Assembly (NCBI GenBank): GCA_018817165.1
Contig: JAHITY010000015.1
Coordinates: forward strand, 36,354-100,353
Length of the DNA stretch: 64,000 bases
DNA from: Candidatus Omnitrophota bacterium
Lineage (GTDB): Bacteria > Omnitrophota > Gorgyraeia > B26-G9
Direction of reading: 5' to 3'
Made by a program: the position numbers and the translations under genes. A model generated the notes under the pieces. It was not told the DNA's origin. It ran no database searches and saw only the letters and a list, made by a program, of their open reading frames with translations. This document shows, one piece after another, positions 1 through 9,688 of the stretch (positions are counted from its first letter, which is position 1; each line of letters starts with the position of its first letter).

Positions 1-2968
1 TTCCTAACCCTTGTTTCCTAGCAATATTTATAAAGTCAATCAATAGTATGCCATTATTAACAACAATTCCTCCAAGCATTATGAACCCTAAAACAACCAC
101 AACACTAAGCGGTGTATGGGTAAAGTAAAGTACCCAGCTTACTCCAATCAATGATAAAGGAACAGTAAACATAATAATAAACGGCTGAATTAAAGATTCA
201 AATTCCGATGCCATAATCATATAAACCAGCAACAATGCAAGAATAAGCGCAAACTTCATGCTCTTAAAAGACTCTTCCATTTCCTTATTTTCTCCACCCA
301 GCTCAATAGCATAATTAGTCGGCAATTCCATTTTTATATTTTCAATGATCTTTTCCACGTCTGGAACAATTTCGTTTAAACCACGCTTATAAATATTCGC
401 ACTAACAAAAACCACTCTTTGTTTACTTTCCCGTTTAATTTCCGTAGGTCCAAGGCCTCGCGTTAAATAGGCTACTTGTTCCAAGAATATATTAATCCCC
501 AGCGGAGAATAAATAAATAACTTGCTGATTTTACCATAATCCTTACTATCTTCTTTTCTTAAACGAACACGAATATCTATTTCACGGCCTTCTTCTTTAA
601 ACTTAGATGCAACATACCCCCTGATTGCTGCCTGAGCAATCGAAGATATCTGATTTACACTCAACTGATATAATGCCGCTCGATCTTTTCTAACAACTAT
701 TTTTATTTCTGGGCTAGGAGGACTCAAGCTGTCTTTTATTCCATAAACCCCTTCAACTTTTTCCAGTTGTTTTTCAATTTCTTTAGCAGTAGGAATAAGT
801 ATTCCTTCCATATCAAAACCGCGGAGAATAATTACCAGAGGAGCACTCCCAGCAAAAGCTGATTTAAACACACTTTCCTGTAATATATACTCGATATGCG
901 CATCCTGCAAATCTACTGTTTCCAGATGATTTTTTATTTGCTGAATCAAGTCCGAAGTTCCTATATTATAAGCCTCATCAGTAGCTTCTTCCTTTTTAAA
1001 CAAACTCATTATGCCCCGATCAGGCCGCGAATGAAGATTAGCAATAATATTCGCCTGATTAGCGCCCAGCACTTCAACCGCCCCGGTTTTTTTAGCCTCT
1101 TTACTTGATCCAATATTTACAGTAACATCTTTTATCGCATCAAAGCTAAGTACCGAATCCTCGACTCTACGCACCACCGCATCAGTTGCTCTGAGATTAG
1201 TTCCTGCCGGCATAGTCAATTTTATAACAAATTGTCTTTGATCCAATTTTGGCATAAATTCTCGATCCAAGGTTAAAAGCAGCTTTAAACTAAGAAAAGC
1301 AACTAAAAGTGTCCCGACAATTATACTTATAACAATAATATAAGGAACTATTCCTTTATACTGTTTGCCGCCTTTAAGCTTTTGCATTTCAATGATTTTA
1401 TTTTCATCAGCGCCTAATGATATTTTGCCGATTTTCCCCATCGACATAAACATGGGAGTCAAACTCATCGCGGTTATAACCGAGGCTACCAAAGAAAAAG
1501 TAACTGTTAATGCCAGTTCTTTAAATAACTGACCCGCAATACCAACCACAAATACTAAAGGTAAAAATACCGCAACCGTAGTCAATGTAGATCCGATAAT
1601 CGCGCTAAAAACTTCATTAGTTGCTTCCATCGAAGCGGTTTTTGCGTCTTTTTCCATCTGATGATGACGATAAATGTTTTCAATAACAACAATACCGTTA
1701 TCAACAAGCATACCGACTCCCAGAGCCAGCCCTCCCAATGACATCATATTCAAAGACAGTTTATTGAAAAACATCAGAATAAAAGTAAATAGAATCGCGA
1801 TTGGAATACCCAAAGTAACAACAATCGCGCTGCGCATATTCTTTAGAAAAATCAATAAGATAAAAAAAGCTAGAAAACCTCCCTGCAGAGCATTATCACG
1901 TAATTCATTAATTGATTGAGTTATAAATATAGACTGATCATAAACAACCTTTATATTAACTTCTTCCGGTAAAGTTTGTTTCAATAATGTCAACTTTTCA
2001 TAAATATACTTATTCACTGCCATAGTATTAGCATCAGCCTGCTTTTGGACACTCATTGAAATATTATCCAAACCATTATATCGAGAAACACTATCTTGCT
2101 CTTTTAGAGTATCTTTAACTTCCCCTAATTGACGCAGATATAATACTCTTTTGCTTCTTTCTTTTTCTTCCGCACTAATTTGCTCAGGATTACGCCGCTC
2201 TTCCTCATCAGTTTTATCTTCAATCAGCAAAGGCACTTCATACATTTCGCTAACTTTTGTAAATTCACCAATTGTCCGTATCAGATATTCATAAAAGCTT
2301 GTTTCAATCGTTCCGGCAGGGTAATTTAGATTAGCCTGTTTTATTAATTCAATAACATCCATTATCGAAACATTAAACGCCCGCAAACGCTGCTGATTAA
2401 GTTCAACAACAATTTCTCTTTCTCTGCCTCCAGTCATGACAACCTGAGCAACCCCATCTATTTTTTCAAGTTCGTCTTTAATAACCCGTCGAGAAATTTC
2501 CCTTAATTCATAAGGCGACAATGCTTCTCCCTTACTCGTAACACTTAGAATCATAATCGGAGTATCAAAAGGATTAAACTTCATAACAATCGGCTCATCA
2601 GCATCACGCGGAAGTTTTTCTTTGATCAAATCAACTTTCTCGCGTACATTCAAGCCGGCGAAATCCATATTAGTATTCCAATTAAATTCGCAAATAACAA
2701 TACTGCTGCCTTCCCGGGAAGTAGAACTAACCTTTCGAATATTAGCCGCGGCACTTACTGATTCTTCAATTGGACGGGTAATTAATGCCTCTATTTCTTC
2801 CGGAGCCGCATTTTCATAAGAAGTAACTACAGTTATCTGCGGATAATTAATCGGTGGAAAAAGTTCCTGAGAAAGACGGCTCCAGGAGATTACTCCTAGG
2901 AGAATAACTCCAGCAGTAAACATTAAGATTGTAACTGGCTTTTTAACTGAAAATTCTGGAAGACTCAT
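1..2968 (-). CDS. AcrB/AcrD/AcrF family RND efflux permease (C-terminus runs off the left edge)
   Basis: Read manually (absent from ORF track). ATG at 2968 gives MSLPEFSVKKPVTILMFTAGVILLG...ELFPPINYPQITV...AAPEEIE; TM4 motif GMLVDNGIVVIEN; GIVVNNGILLIDF near the window edge. Confidence 0.95.
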   Translation of the reverse strand, partial: MSLPEFSVKKPVTILMFTAGVILLGVISWSRLSQELFPPINYPQITVVTSYENAAPEEIEALITRPIEESVSAAANIRKVSSTSREGSSIVICEFNWNTNMDFAGLNVREKVDLIKEKLPRDADEPIVMKFNPFDTPIMILSVTSKGEALSPYELREISRRVIKDELEKIDGVAQVVMTGGREREIVVELNQQRLRAFNVSIMDVIELIKQANLNYPAGTIETSFYEYLIRTIGEFTKVSEMYEVPLLIEDKTDEEERRNPEQISAEEKERSKRVLYLRQLGEVKDTLKEQDSVSRYNGLDNISMSVQKQADANTMAVNKYIYEKLTLLKQTLPEEVNIKVVYDQSIFITQSINELRDNALQGGFLAFFILLIFLKNMRSAIVVTLGIPIAILFTFILMFFNKLSLNMMSLGGLALGVGMLVDNGIVVIENIYRHHQMEKDAKTASMEATNEVFSAIIGSTLTTVAVFLPLVFVVGIAGQLFKELALTVTFSLVASVITAMSLTPMFMSMGKIGKISLGADENKIIEMQKLKGGKQYKGIVPYIIVISIIVGTLLVAFLSLKLLLTLDREFMPKLDQRQFVIKLTMPAGTNLRATDAVVRRVEDSVLSFDAIKDVTVNIGSSKEAKKTGAVEVLGANQANIIANLHSRPDRGIMSLFKKEEATDEAYNIGTSDLIQQIKNHLETVDLQDAHIEYILQESVFKSAFAGSAPLVIILRGFDMEGILIPTAKEIEKQLEKVEGVYGIKDSLSPPSPEIKIVVRKDRAALYQLSVNQISSIAQAAIRGYVASKFKEEGREIDIRVRLRKEDSKDYGKISKLFIYSPLGINIFLEQVAYLTRGLGPTEIKRESKQRVVFVSANIYKRGLNEIVPDVEKIIENIKMELPTNYAIELGGENKEMEESFKSMKFALILALLLVYMIMASEFESLIQPFIIMFTVPLSLIGVSWVLYFTHTPLSVVVVLGFIMLGGIVVNNGILLIDFINIARKQGLG

Positions 2969-3039
2969 AATTTATTCTTTATTGTTAGGACAGAAAATTC
3001 AAAAAATTTAAACTTTAAATTTTAAGTCATGGTAAATTA

Positions 3040-4218
3040 TTACATTTCACGAACCTGTATTTCGGTTATTTGAACCGGAGTTCCGGAAGTTAATTGTTCC
3101 ACATTAGAAATCGACACCAAATCTCCCTCTTTTAATCCTCTGACTATTTCAATATAATCAGTTGATTCATATCCGGTTTCAACTAAACGTTCCTGAGCTG
3201 AATTGGTTGCTTCGTCAACAACATATACCATATAAGCATCCTGCATCTTTTTTAAAGCAATCCGGGGGATACTGATCACCCCGGGTTTTTCAAAAAGAAT
3301 TATATCCGCGCGCGTAAACATCCCTGGCATTAATATCCGGCGCGAGTTATCAATTTTTATTTCAACTGGCAATGTTCGGGTTTTATCAGATAAAGCAGGA
3401 TAAATATTATCAATAATTCCGTCAAAAGGAAGCTCAGGATAAGCATCAACATATACTCTAGCTAATTGACCAATTTTTAATTTGGTAACATCTCTTTCAA
3501 CAACACCTATCTCAGCATAAACCGTGTTTACATCAATAATTTGGATTGCTTTCGGAGTATACGGCGATACCAATTCCCCCACTTCTATATTGCGTTCACC
3601 AATTATACAGTCAGTCGGAGCATACATCTCCGTTTTCTTTAATTCCTCTTTGGCTGATTCAATCTCAACCTGAGCTGCTTCTACTTGGTGTTTGGCAGTT
3701 CCCGCTTCTGATTCAACTTCAGAAAGTTTAAGTCTATTTATCGCTCCGATATCAAACAACTGCTGATGCAATTTAACCTTCTTTTCTGATTGCGCTAAAC
3801 TAACCATAGCTGATTTTAATTTTGCTCGGTTATAATCAATTTTCAGCAATGCTTCTTGTTGTTTCAATCTTGAAATCAATTGCCCCTCTTTAACCACATC
3901 CCCCTCGCGATAATTGATTAATTCCACAAGCCCAGGAGCTTCAAAATTCAGCTTAGTCGTTATCAGCGCTTTTATTGATCCCATTGTCGGCAAAACATCT
4001 TCAAACGTAGCACGAGAAATTTTATAAACTTTTATCGATAAGCCTCGCTTAATCAGAGTCCTTTTTGCTTCGGGTTCTTTATCAAAAGACATTTCTCTTC
4101 TAATTTCATCTTCCTGCTGTTTATCTTTATTAAGCCAATCACCTTTTTCAATCCCCCACCAAACAATTCCAATTATGATTATCAGTACAGCAATAAAAAT
4201 GAATGTAGATTTTCTCAT
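3040..4218 (-). CDS. RND efflux periplasmic adaptor (MFP) subunit
   Basis: N-terminal TM, lipoyl halves (EGDVVKEGQLI, APTDCII...GELV), LMPGMF and GLKEGDLV motifs; directly upstream of the RND permease. Confidence 0.93.
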   Translation of the reverse strand: MRKSTFIFIAVLIIIIGIVWWGIEKGDWLNKDKQQEDEIRREMSFDKEPEAKRTLIKRGLSIKVYKISRATFEDVLPTMGSIKALITTKLNFEAPGLVELINYREGDVVKEGQLISRLKQQEALLKIDYNRAKLKSAMVSLAQSEKKVKLHQQLFDIGAINRLKLSEVESEAGTAKHQVEAAQVEIESAKEELKKTEMYAPTDCIIGERNIEVGELVSPYTPKAIQIIDVNTVYAEIGVVERDVTKLKIGQLARVYVDAYPELPFDGIIDNIYPALSDKTRTLPVEIKIDNSRRILMPGMFTRADIILFEKPGVISIPRIALKKMQDAYMVYVVDEATNSAQERLVETGYESTDYIEIVRGLKEGDLVSISNVEQLTSGTPVQITEIQVREM

Positions 4219-4274
4219 TTACGACCTCCTCAAAAACTTACGATAAACCCGAATTAAGCCATTCCGACTAAATA

Positions 4275-6416
4275 TTAGTGGAAATAATTTATAACTCCTA
4301 TTGCCCGATTTAAACTACCTATGGACAAATTAATCCCAGCTAGTGCCTGTTGCATATTTGAATTTGCTTCAACAAGCTGAATTTCCGCATCAATAACATC
4401 TGCTCCGCTTGCTTCATTCATCCCCTTTTTAGTTCTGGCTATTTCCAACTGCTTACGACGATAGCCGATCTCATTTATTGCTAAAGATAATTGCACGCTA
4501 TATTTCTGATATGAATAATATGAATCTTCAGTCTCTTGGCGAATTTTATTTTTCATTTCTTCATAATCTTTTAAAGCTTGTTTTCTCGTAATTTGCGCTT
4601 CTTTTTCCTTAGAAAAATGGGCTAGATTATCCCAAAAAGAAAATTTAGCATTTAAGGCCTGCGAATCTACACTTGTATCTGTTTTGGTGACTTGAAACGG
4701 ACTTACTTTGTCTTTTTTATAAAAAGTTTCAACGGTATTACCGCCGATAAACCATTTAACTTTACCCATAAGCGACCACTCAGTCGCAAGGTTCAAATCT
4801 CTTTGACTAAAAGCTTCACCGCTTCGGCCATAAGACCCTACTAAAGAAATATTTGGCAGTTCTTCACTTTTGATTATATCCTGAGTATATTTAGCAGCTT
4901 GCATGGTTTGCTCCATGACCTTAATTTCCGCTCTATGCCTAAAAGCTAATTCCAAACACTCGTCTAACTTAACATTTATTTTCTTTCTGCCTAAATGATA
5001 ATCCAGCTCATCCACATTAAGCTCTGCGGTAAACATTTCTTTTTCTAAAGCCAGCCTTGCCATAGCCACGCCCCGCTCGGCATTAGCTACTTGAAAACAA
5101 ACCCGGTTAAACGAAGCTTGAGCACTTAATAATTCCGCTGGGGTAGCTGACTCGATAATAAATTCTGCTTCAACTTTTTCCAAAATTTTCCCCGTATCTT
5201 CTTTCAAGCGCAGCATCATATCAAAAGTTATCTTTGCCAAAACCAGCTCGTAATAAGCTTTGCTTACCTGAAACATCAAATCCTGTTTAATTCTATCAGT
5301 ATTCCCTTTGGAAATTGTCAATCCCAGCTGTTCTTTTCTTAAAGTTGCCATTAATTTTCCACCCGAAAATAGCTGTTGTTCAGCCTGCAAAGCATAAGAA
5401 CGGCCTCGATATGGCTCTGTTACGGTATGGCCGTCAGATTCATTCCACTCCCCAAGAAATGCCGGATAAAAAGCCCTTCTTGCTTCACGCACACGCAATT
5501 TGGCTAATTTTTCCTGCTCTTGAGCTATTTGCACCGGTAAATTAGCAGCCAAAGCAACATTAATACAATCCTGATAACTGGTAATATTAGTGCTGCTGGC
5601 ACGTTTGAGCATTGGTTTTATTTCAGAAGGCATATTAATATCCTGATAAAGACTTGTTTCAACCATCTGTTTGCGAGCTGATGGCAAAGTACTTAAATCT
5701 GTTTGAGCTTGAAGTTTCTGCTTAACCTCCTGCATAACAGTACCAGATTCAACCCGGTCTTTCGCCTTATCTCTTACTAAAGATACCTTTTCCTTGCTTT
5801 CCGACCGAATAAGCTCAATTCTTTTTTTCTGCGTAAATTCTTCTAATTTTTCTCGTGCTTTCTTTGTTTCAAAATCCTTGGAAGCCTTTACTATTTTTAT
5901 TTGTTCCGAAGGCGCCATGTCATTATCTCTTGTCGCCAAACTCTCTTTTTGCGCAGGTCCGCTAGCAGGTAACACTTTCAGATTAATATACTGTCCATTA
6001 AACTGAGCATCCAAATCGTATTTAAATTCTCTGTCTAATTCAATAAAAATGCTGACAGATTCGCTAGGACTCATATTATAGTTTATTTTTTCCGCAACAA
6101 TAATCTTGTTAATACCCATATAGTTAACCGGGATTTCTATCGGAATATTTTCATATTGTTTAAAAGTTACTTTTGCTCCAAGAATATTGATTGTCAGACG
6201 ATACGGACGTTCGCTTTGATCAACAGTAAACAAAACCGGTGGCCGAGAATGTTCTATATTAAGATCAATCCCATAATTTGTTTTAACAATATCAAAGTTT
6301 TTTAATGAAGCAGCTTGATCAGCCAGACAATACGAGGAGAAAAACAAGACAAGACATCCGATAAACATCGAGAGAACAGTAATTTTTTTAAATTCTATTT
6401 GCGGCATCTTACGCAA
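4275..6416 (-). CDS. TolC-family outer membrane efflux protein with a long N-terminal extension
   Basis: C-terminal ~430 aa has two OEP repeats (ARRAFYP...QQLFSGG, VSKAYYELV, ELAFRHRAEI, LPNISL); signal peptide plus ~240 extra N-terminal residues. Confidence 0.88.
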   Translation of the reverse strand: MRKMPQIEFKKITVLSMFIGCLVLFFSSYCLADQAASLKNFDIVKTNYGIDLNIEHSRPPVLFTVDQSERPYRLTINILGAKVTFKQYENIPIEIPVNYMGINKIIVAEKINYNMSPSESVSIFIELDREFKYDLDAQFNGQYINLKVLPASGPAQKESLATRDNDMAPSEQIKIVKASKDFETKKAREKLEEFTQKKRIELIRSESKEKVSLVRDKAKDRVESGTVMQEVKQKLQAQTDLSTLPSARKQMVETSLYQDINMPSEIKPMLKRASSTNITSYQDCINVALAANLPVQIAQEQEKLAKLRVREARRAFYPAFLGEWNESDGHTVTEPYRGRSYALQAEQQLFSGGKLMATLRKEQLGLTISKGNTDRIKQDLMFQVSKAYYELVLAKITFDMMLRLKEDTGKILEKVEAEFIIESATPAELLSAQASFNRVCFQVANAERGVAMARLALEKEMFTAELNVDELDYHLGRKKINVKLDECLELAFRHRAEIKVMEQTMQAAKYTQDIIKSEELPNISLVGSYGRSGEAFSQRDLNLATEWSLMGKVKWFIGGNTVETFYKKDKVSPFQVTKTDTSVDSQALNAKFSFWDNLAHFSKEKEAQITRKQALKDYEEMKNKIRQETEDSYYSYQKYSVQLSLAINEIGYRRKQLEIARTKKGMNEASGADVIDAEIQLVEANSNMQQALAGINLSIGSLNRAIGVINYFH

Positions 6417-6465
6417 TTCCTTTTGCTAAGATAATAATACTTAATGAAAATATTTTATATGTCTT

Positions 6466-6495
6466 ATTATATTGTTTTTACGTGGGTTATGTCAA
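6466..6495 (-). promoter_or_regulatory. sigma70-type promoter of the tolC-MFP-RND operon
   Basis: TTGACA-18 nt-TATAAT on the minus strand. Confidence 0.6.
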
Positions 6496-6545
6496 TAAAA
6501 AATTAAATTTAAATATTCAAAATAAAAAAACTTTCATTCCCTACC

Positions 6546-7634
6546 TCACGGAATTATTCTCAGATCATCTCTTAGCCAGGAATAAAGAATGTCCGCAACC
6601 AGTTTATGTCCGACCAAATTAAAGTGGCATCCCCCTTGAGGTATAATCTTCAGATCAGTCAAATCAATCCCTCGAAGCTTAAACTGATAAAACAAATCAA
6701 GTGTTTTAAAATTAAACTCTTTATCGCCGGCTTGTTTTATCCAAAGGTCCATATCATCTTTGTTTTTTAATTCCGGCACAAGCATAAGCCCAAATTCAAA
6801 ATTTTCCTGTTCAGACAATCTTTTAAACTCTTGAAAAATCTGTTTATTTATTCGCATCGACTCAGCTAAATTATTGCAACCAGCATATTTATACGCTTGC
6901 GGTATATATTTACCCGGATTCCTTAGACTGATAAAATCATAAACAGATTTATTAATAAATCGATACACCGCTGAATGTTTTATAAAAAATCGATCGATTT
7001 TTGGATTAATCGGAATTAGTTTTGGAAAGTTTACCACAAAATATTGCCCCATATCTATGTGCTTATGTCTCTCAGACCCATAAGCGCCTGGCAAAATAAC
7101 TGCATTGCGATAATAATCATCGTTTAAAAATTGAAAAATCACAAGATCAGGCTGGTAATCAATCAGCCTATTTTTCAGTAGAATGAATTTTTGAACAGCA
7201 TTGTACGCGCAAACACCCGCATTAAGCACTTCAAATTTAATGCCTGAGACTGGATTACTATTGAGTTTTTCTTCAAGCAATTTTGGATATGTTTGCTCAA
7301 TTAAATATTCTGTTCCAAAAGTAACCGAATCACCTAAAACAATTATTCGATAAACGTTTTCCGGCTTGGGAATAATATATTCTCTGTCCCTTATCCCACG
7401 GGAATTTATTTTAAAAAACCCGTTTTCCGTATTTGCGCCAGGAATCAATTCATAAGATAAACCGGGAAGTTTGGAAATTTTATGTAAAGCCGGTTTAGCA
7501 TGCTGCACATATACAGTGGTATCAAAAATGAATTTACTTTCATTGATTAAAAAGATTTTCTCGATTAAAAAAAAGATCAACAAAAAGGAGAATAAAAATA
7601 TGGCCAGTTTTTTCGCTAGAAAATTAATTTTCAT
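6546..7634 (-). CDS. SGNH/GDSL hydrolase family membrane-anchored protein
   Basis: N-terminal TM; block I LGDSVTFG, block II NAGV, block III FLND, C-terminal HFNLVGH. Confidence 0.85.
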   Translation of the reverse strand: MKINFLAKKLAIFLFSFLLIFFLIEKIFLINESKFIFDTTVYVQHAKPALHKISKLPGLSYELIPGANTENGFFKINSRGIRDREYIIPKPENVYRIIVLGDSVTFGTEYLIEQTYPKLLEEKLNSNPVSGIKFEVLNAGVCAYNAVQKFILLKNRLIDYQPDLVIFQFLNDDYYRNAVILPGAYGSERHKHIDMGQYFVVNFPKLIPINPKIDRFFIKHSAVYRFINKSVYDFISLRNPGKYIPQAYKYAGCNNLAESMRINKQIFQEFKRLSEQENFEFGLMLVPELKNKDDMDLWIKQAGDKEFNFKTLDLFYQFKLRGIDLTDLKIIPQGGCHFNLVGHKLVADILYSWLRDDLRIIP

Positions 7635-7652
7635 ATTAAGATATCTTTATTA

Positions 7653-7998
7653 GGGAGAACAAACCTATAAGCCGAGTTCTGTATCCCGCAAAGCGGGACG
7701 ATGATCATTTATCTTGTCCTGTAAATTACTCTACAGGATCCTTGCGACCTAACCCGAGAAATAACAGGCGGACAGCCCTCCTCCTATTTGGTCTTGCTCC
7801 GCGCAGAGATTGCCACGTTTCACCCCTCGACTTCGCTCGGGGTAAACCCCAGGCTTATCGAGATATCGTCACTGCTGCTCTAATCCGCCCACATACAAAG
7901 TATGCAAGGGTGGGTATTACCCACTACGCTGTCCTATGGAGCTCGGACTTTCCTCTACACAGCTTTTGGCTGTGCAGCGACCATCCGGTTTGTTCTCC
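7653..7998 (-). ncRNA. rnpB: RNase P RNA
   Basis: Minus strand carries GAGGAAAGUCC (CR-I) and ACAGAACUCGGCUUA (CR-V); P1 is formed by terminal GGAGAACAAACC / GGUUUGUUCUCC. Confidence 0.96.
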
Positions 7999-8419
7999 GA
8001 TATTCTATTATGGCATTTTTAGCCAATAAATCTGCTTGGGCATTAAACTCTCGGCGCACATGTTCTATTTTAAAATCAGCAAGTCTGCTAGAAAGTGTAA
8101 TAACCTGATCATGCAAAGTTTTAAGATGCTCTTTTTTTACTTTATATATTCCTTTGAGCTGTTTAACTAAAAGCTCGCTATCACTCTTAACTTCCACGCT
8201 TCTAATCCCCAACTCGATAACTCGTTCCAAGGCAACAATCAAAGCTTTGTATTCAGCATAATTATTTGTTCCCAACCCGGCATACTGCGAAATATTTTCT
8301 TTAAATCCAGTAACTTTATTTTCAATAACAATTCCCAATCCCGTATCACCCGGATTTCCCGAACAGGCGCCGTCAACATTAACTGTAAACATGCTATCTT
8401 TAATTTTCAGATTCGACAT
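7955..8419 (-). CDS. rnhA: Ribonuclease HI family protein
   Basis: VDGACSGNPG, TNNYAEY, SDSELLVKQ and HVRREFNAQADLLA motifs; start placed at MSNLK (8419). Confidence 0.92.
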   Translation of the reverse strand: MSNLKIKDSMFTVNVDGACSGNPGDTGLGIVIENKVTGFKENISQYAGLGTNNYAEYKALIVALERVIELGIRSVEVKSDSELLVKQLKGIYKVKKEHLKTLHDQVITLSSRLADFKIEHVRREFNAQADLLAKNAIIEYRRTNRMVAAQPKAV

Positions 8420-9107
8420 ATAAAATTCTCGAACAAGTATCACAAGTAAGTAGTTTTCCCAAGCTCAACTCATTTAGTACTTGGGCTCTCAAATTCATAA
8501 AACATCCTGAGCAAGAACCATCCCTAACCGGAACAATTGCTATTTCCCCTCTATTTTCCCTGATCCGTTCATATAATTCCAAAACTTCTGGCTTTAAATC
8601 CGCGGGAATAACCGTTTTTCTTTGCACCTGCAATCTACTTAGGGATTCTTCTAACGCTTTAATATCTAATTTAACCAAGGCTTTCGCACTGTCTATTTTT
8701 TTTTCTTCTAAGGATAAGACTTCTTTTTCCTTACTGATCGAAACCTTAATCACGTCTATCTTTTCAAGCAGCATAATTATTTTCTCTTCTAGCAGAGAAT
8801 TATCGGCTTTCATCTTTTCAATCTCTAACTGCAAAGCATTGTATTCTTTATTTGTTTTAATTAAAGGCAATTGACCTTTGTGTTTATTTATTGAAGCTTC
8901 TTTTGCCTGTAATTCAAGATCTTTTTCTTTATGTTCGATCTGAAGTTTTTTATATTCAGCTTCCAAATTCTTTAAAGAAACAGTAAGTTTTTCAAATTCT
9001 TTTTCCAAAAAAGAAATTTTTTTTGGTTTTTCCTCAAGCGCTAGTTTGGTTTGAAAAATCTGACTATCAATTTTCTGCAGTTCTTTAAGTATTTCTATTT
9101 CTTTCAT
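8400..9107 (-). CDS. Coiled-coil protein with C-terminal C4 zinc ribbon (DUF164/CT398-like)
   Basis: Long coiled coil, LQKIDSQI start, CSGC...CDTCSRILY; canonical position before rnhA-rnpB. Confidence 0.9.
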   Translation of the reverse strand: MKEIEILKELQKIDSQIFQTKLALEEKPKKISFLEKEFEKLTVSLKNLEAEYKKLQIEHKEKDLELQAKEASINKHKGQLPLIKTNKEYNALQLEIEKMKADNSLLEEKIIMLLEKIDVIKVSISKEKEVLSLEEKKIDSAKALVKLDIKALEESLSRLQVQRKTVIPADLKPEVLELYERIRENRGEIAIVPVRDGSCSGCFMNLRAQVLNELSLGKLLTCDTCSRILYVESEN

Positions 9108-9305
9108 AATAAAAATCTTTCTTTGTTAAAATAGCAAAAAAGTGAATTAAAATAAAAAGTACTTCCTCTGTTTTATTATATGTGGCGAGTGCTGAACAAA
9201 AAATTCTGGCATTTTCCATTTTAATTGATGAGAACGCTAAGCCAGTAAAAGAAAACCCTGAATTCGATCTATGGTGTTGATTCCAAACCTTTTGCCGATT
9301 TTAAA

Positions 9306-9382
9306 TGGTGGGCCCACGAGGACTCGAACCTCGGACCAAGAGATTATGAGTCTCCTGCTCTAACCAACTGAGCTATGGGCCC
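9306..9382 (-). tRNA. tRNA with CAT anticodon, probably tRNA-Ile2 (lysidine)
   Basis: GGGCCCATAGCTCAGTTGGTTAGAGCAGGAGACTCATAATCTCTTGGTCCGAGGTTCGAGTCCTCGTGGGCCCACCA; cloverleaf with encoded CCA. Ile2 rather than Met is inferred from resemblance to known Ile2 genes and position after rpoD. Confidence 0.93.
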
Positions 9383-9400
9383 TAAAAAACAGTAATATAA

Positions 9401-9429
9401 AATATAGCAGAATTAGACGAGGAAGTCAA
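9401..9429 (-). promoter_or_regulatory. sigma70 promoter of tRNA(CAT)
   Basis: TTGACT-17-TATATT with extended -10 TG. Confidence 0.75.
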
Positions 9430-9543
9430 GGAAATGTGAAAAAACAGCGTATAGCGATTAGCGATTAGGAAAAGCAGGAATGCTTGGCTTATAGCTAATG
9501 GCTAATAGTCGCTAGCCAATGGTTTGGCAAAAATCATTTTTTT

Positions 9544-9567
9544 GTAGGGGCGGATGGCTGTCCGCCC
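9544..9567 (+). repeat. GTAG-type REP-like palindrome
   Basis: GTAG followed by GGGCGGA-TGGCTG-TCCGCCC hairpin. Confidence 0.6.
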
Positions 9568-9595
9568 GTTAAATACTCTACTACATCACTATATT

Positions 9596-9672
9596 TGGTG
9601 GGCGATAGAGGACTCGAACCTCCGACTTTTGCGATGTGAACGCAACGCTCTAACCAACTGAGCTAATCGCCC
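9596..9672 (-). tRNA. tRNA-Val(CAC)
   Basis: GGGCGATTAGCTCAGTTGGTTAGAGCGTTGCGTTCACATCGCAAAAGTCGGAGGTTCGAGTCCTCTATCGCCCACCA. Confidence 0.95.
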
Positions 9673-9688
9673 AAGAAAAGTAATTTAA

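Noticed and set aside
7742-8029. 95-aa plus-strand ORF
   Set aside because: Antisense shadow of RNase P RNA
9180-9300. c-di-GMP-I riboswitch (GGCAAA on the minus strand)
   Set aside because: Lacks the GNRA-capped P2 and the downstream GCAAAG/receptor elements
9306-9672. tRNA-targeted integrative element
   Set aside because: No integrase and no duplicated tRNA 3' fragment seen; both tRNAs are complete
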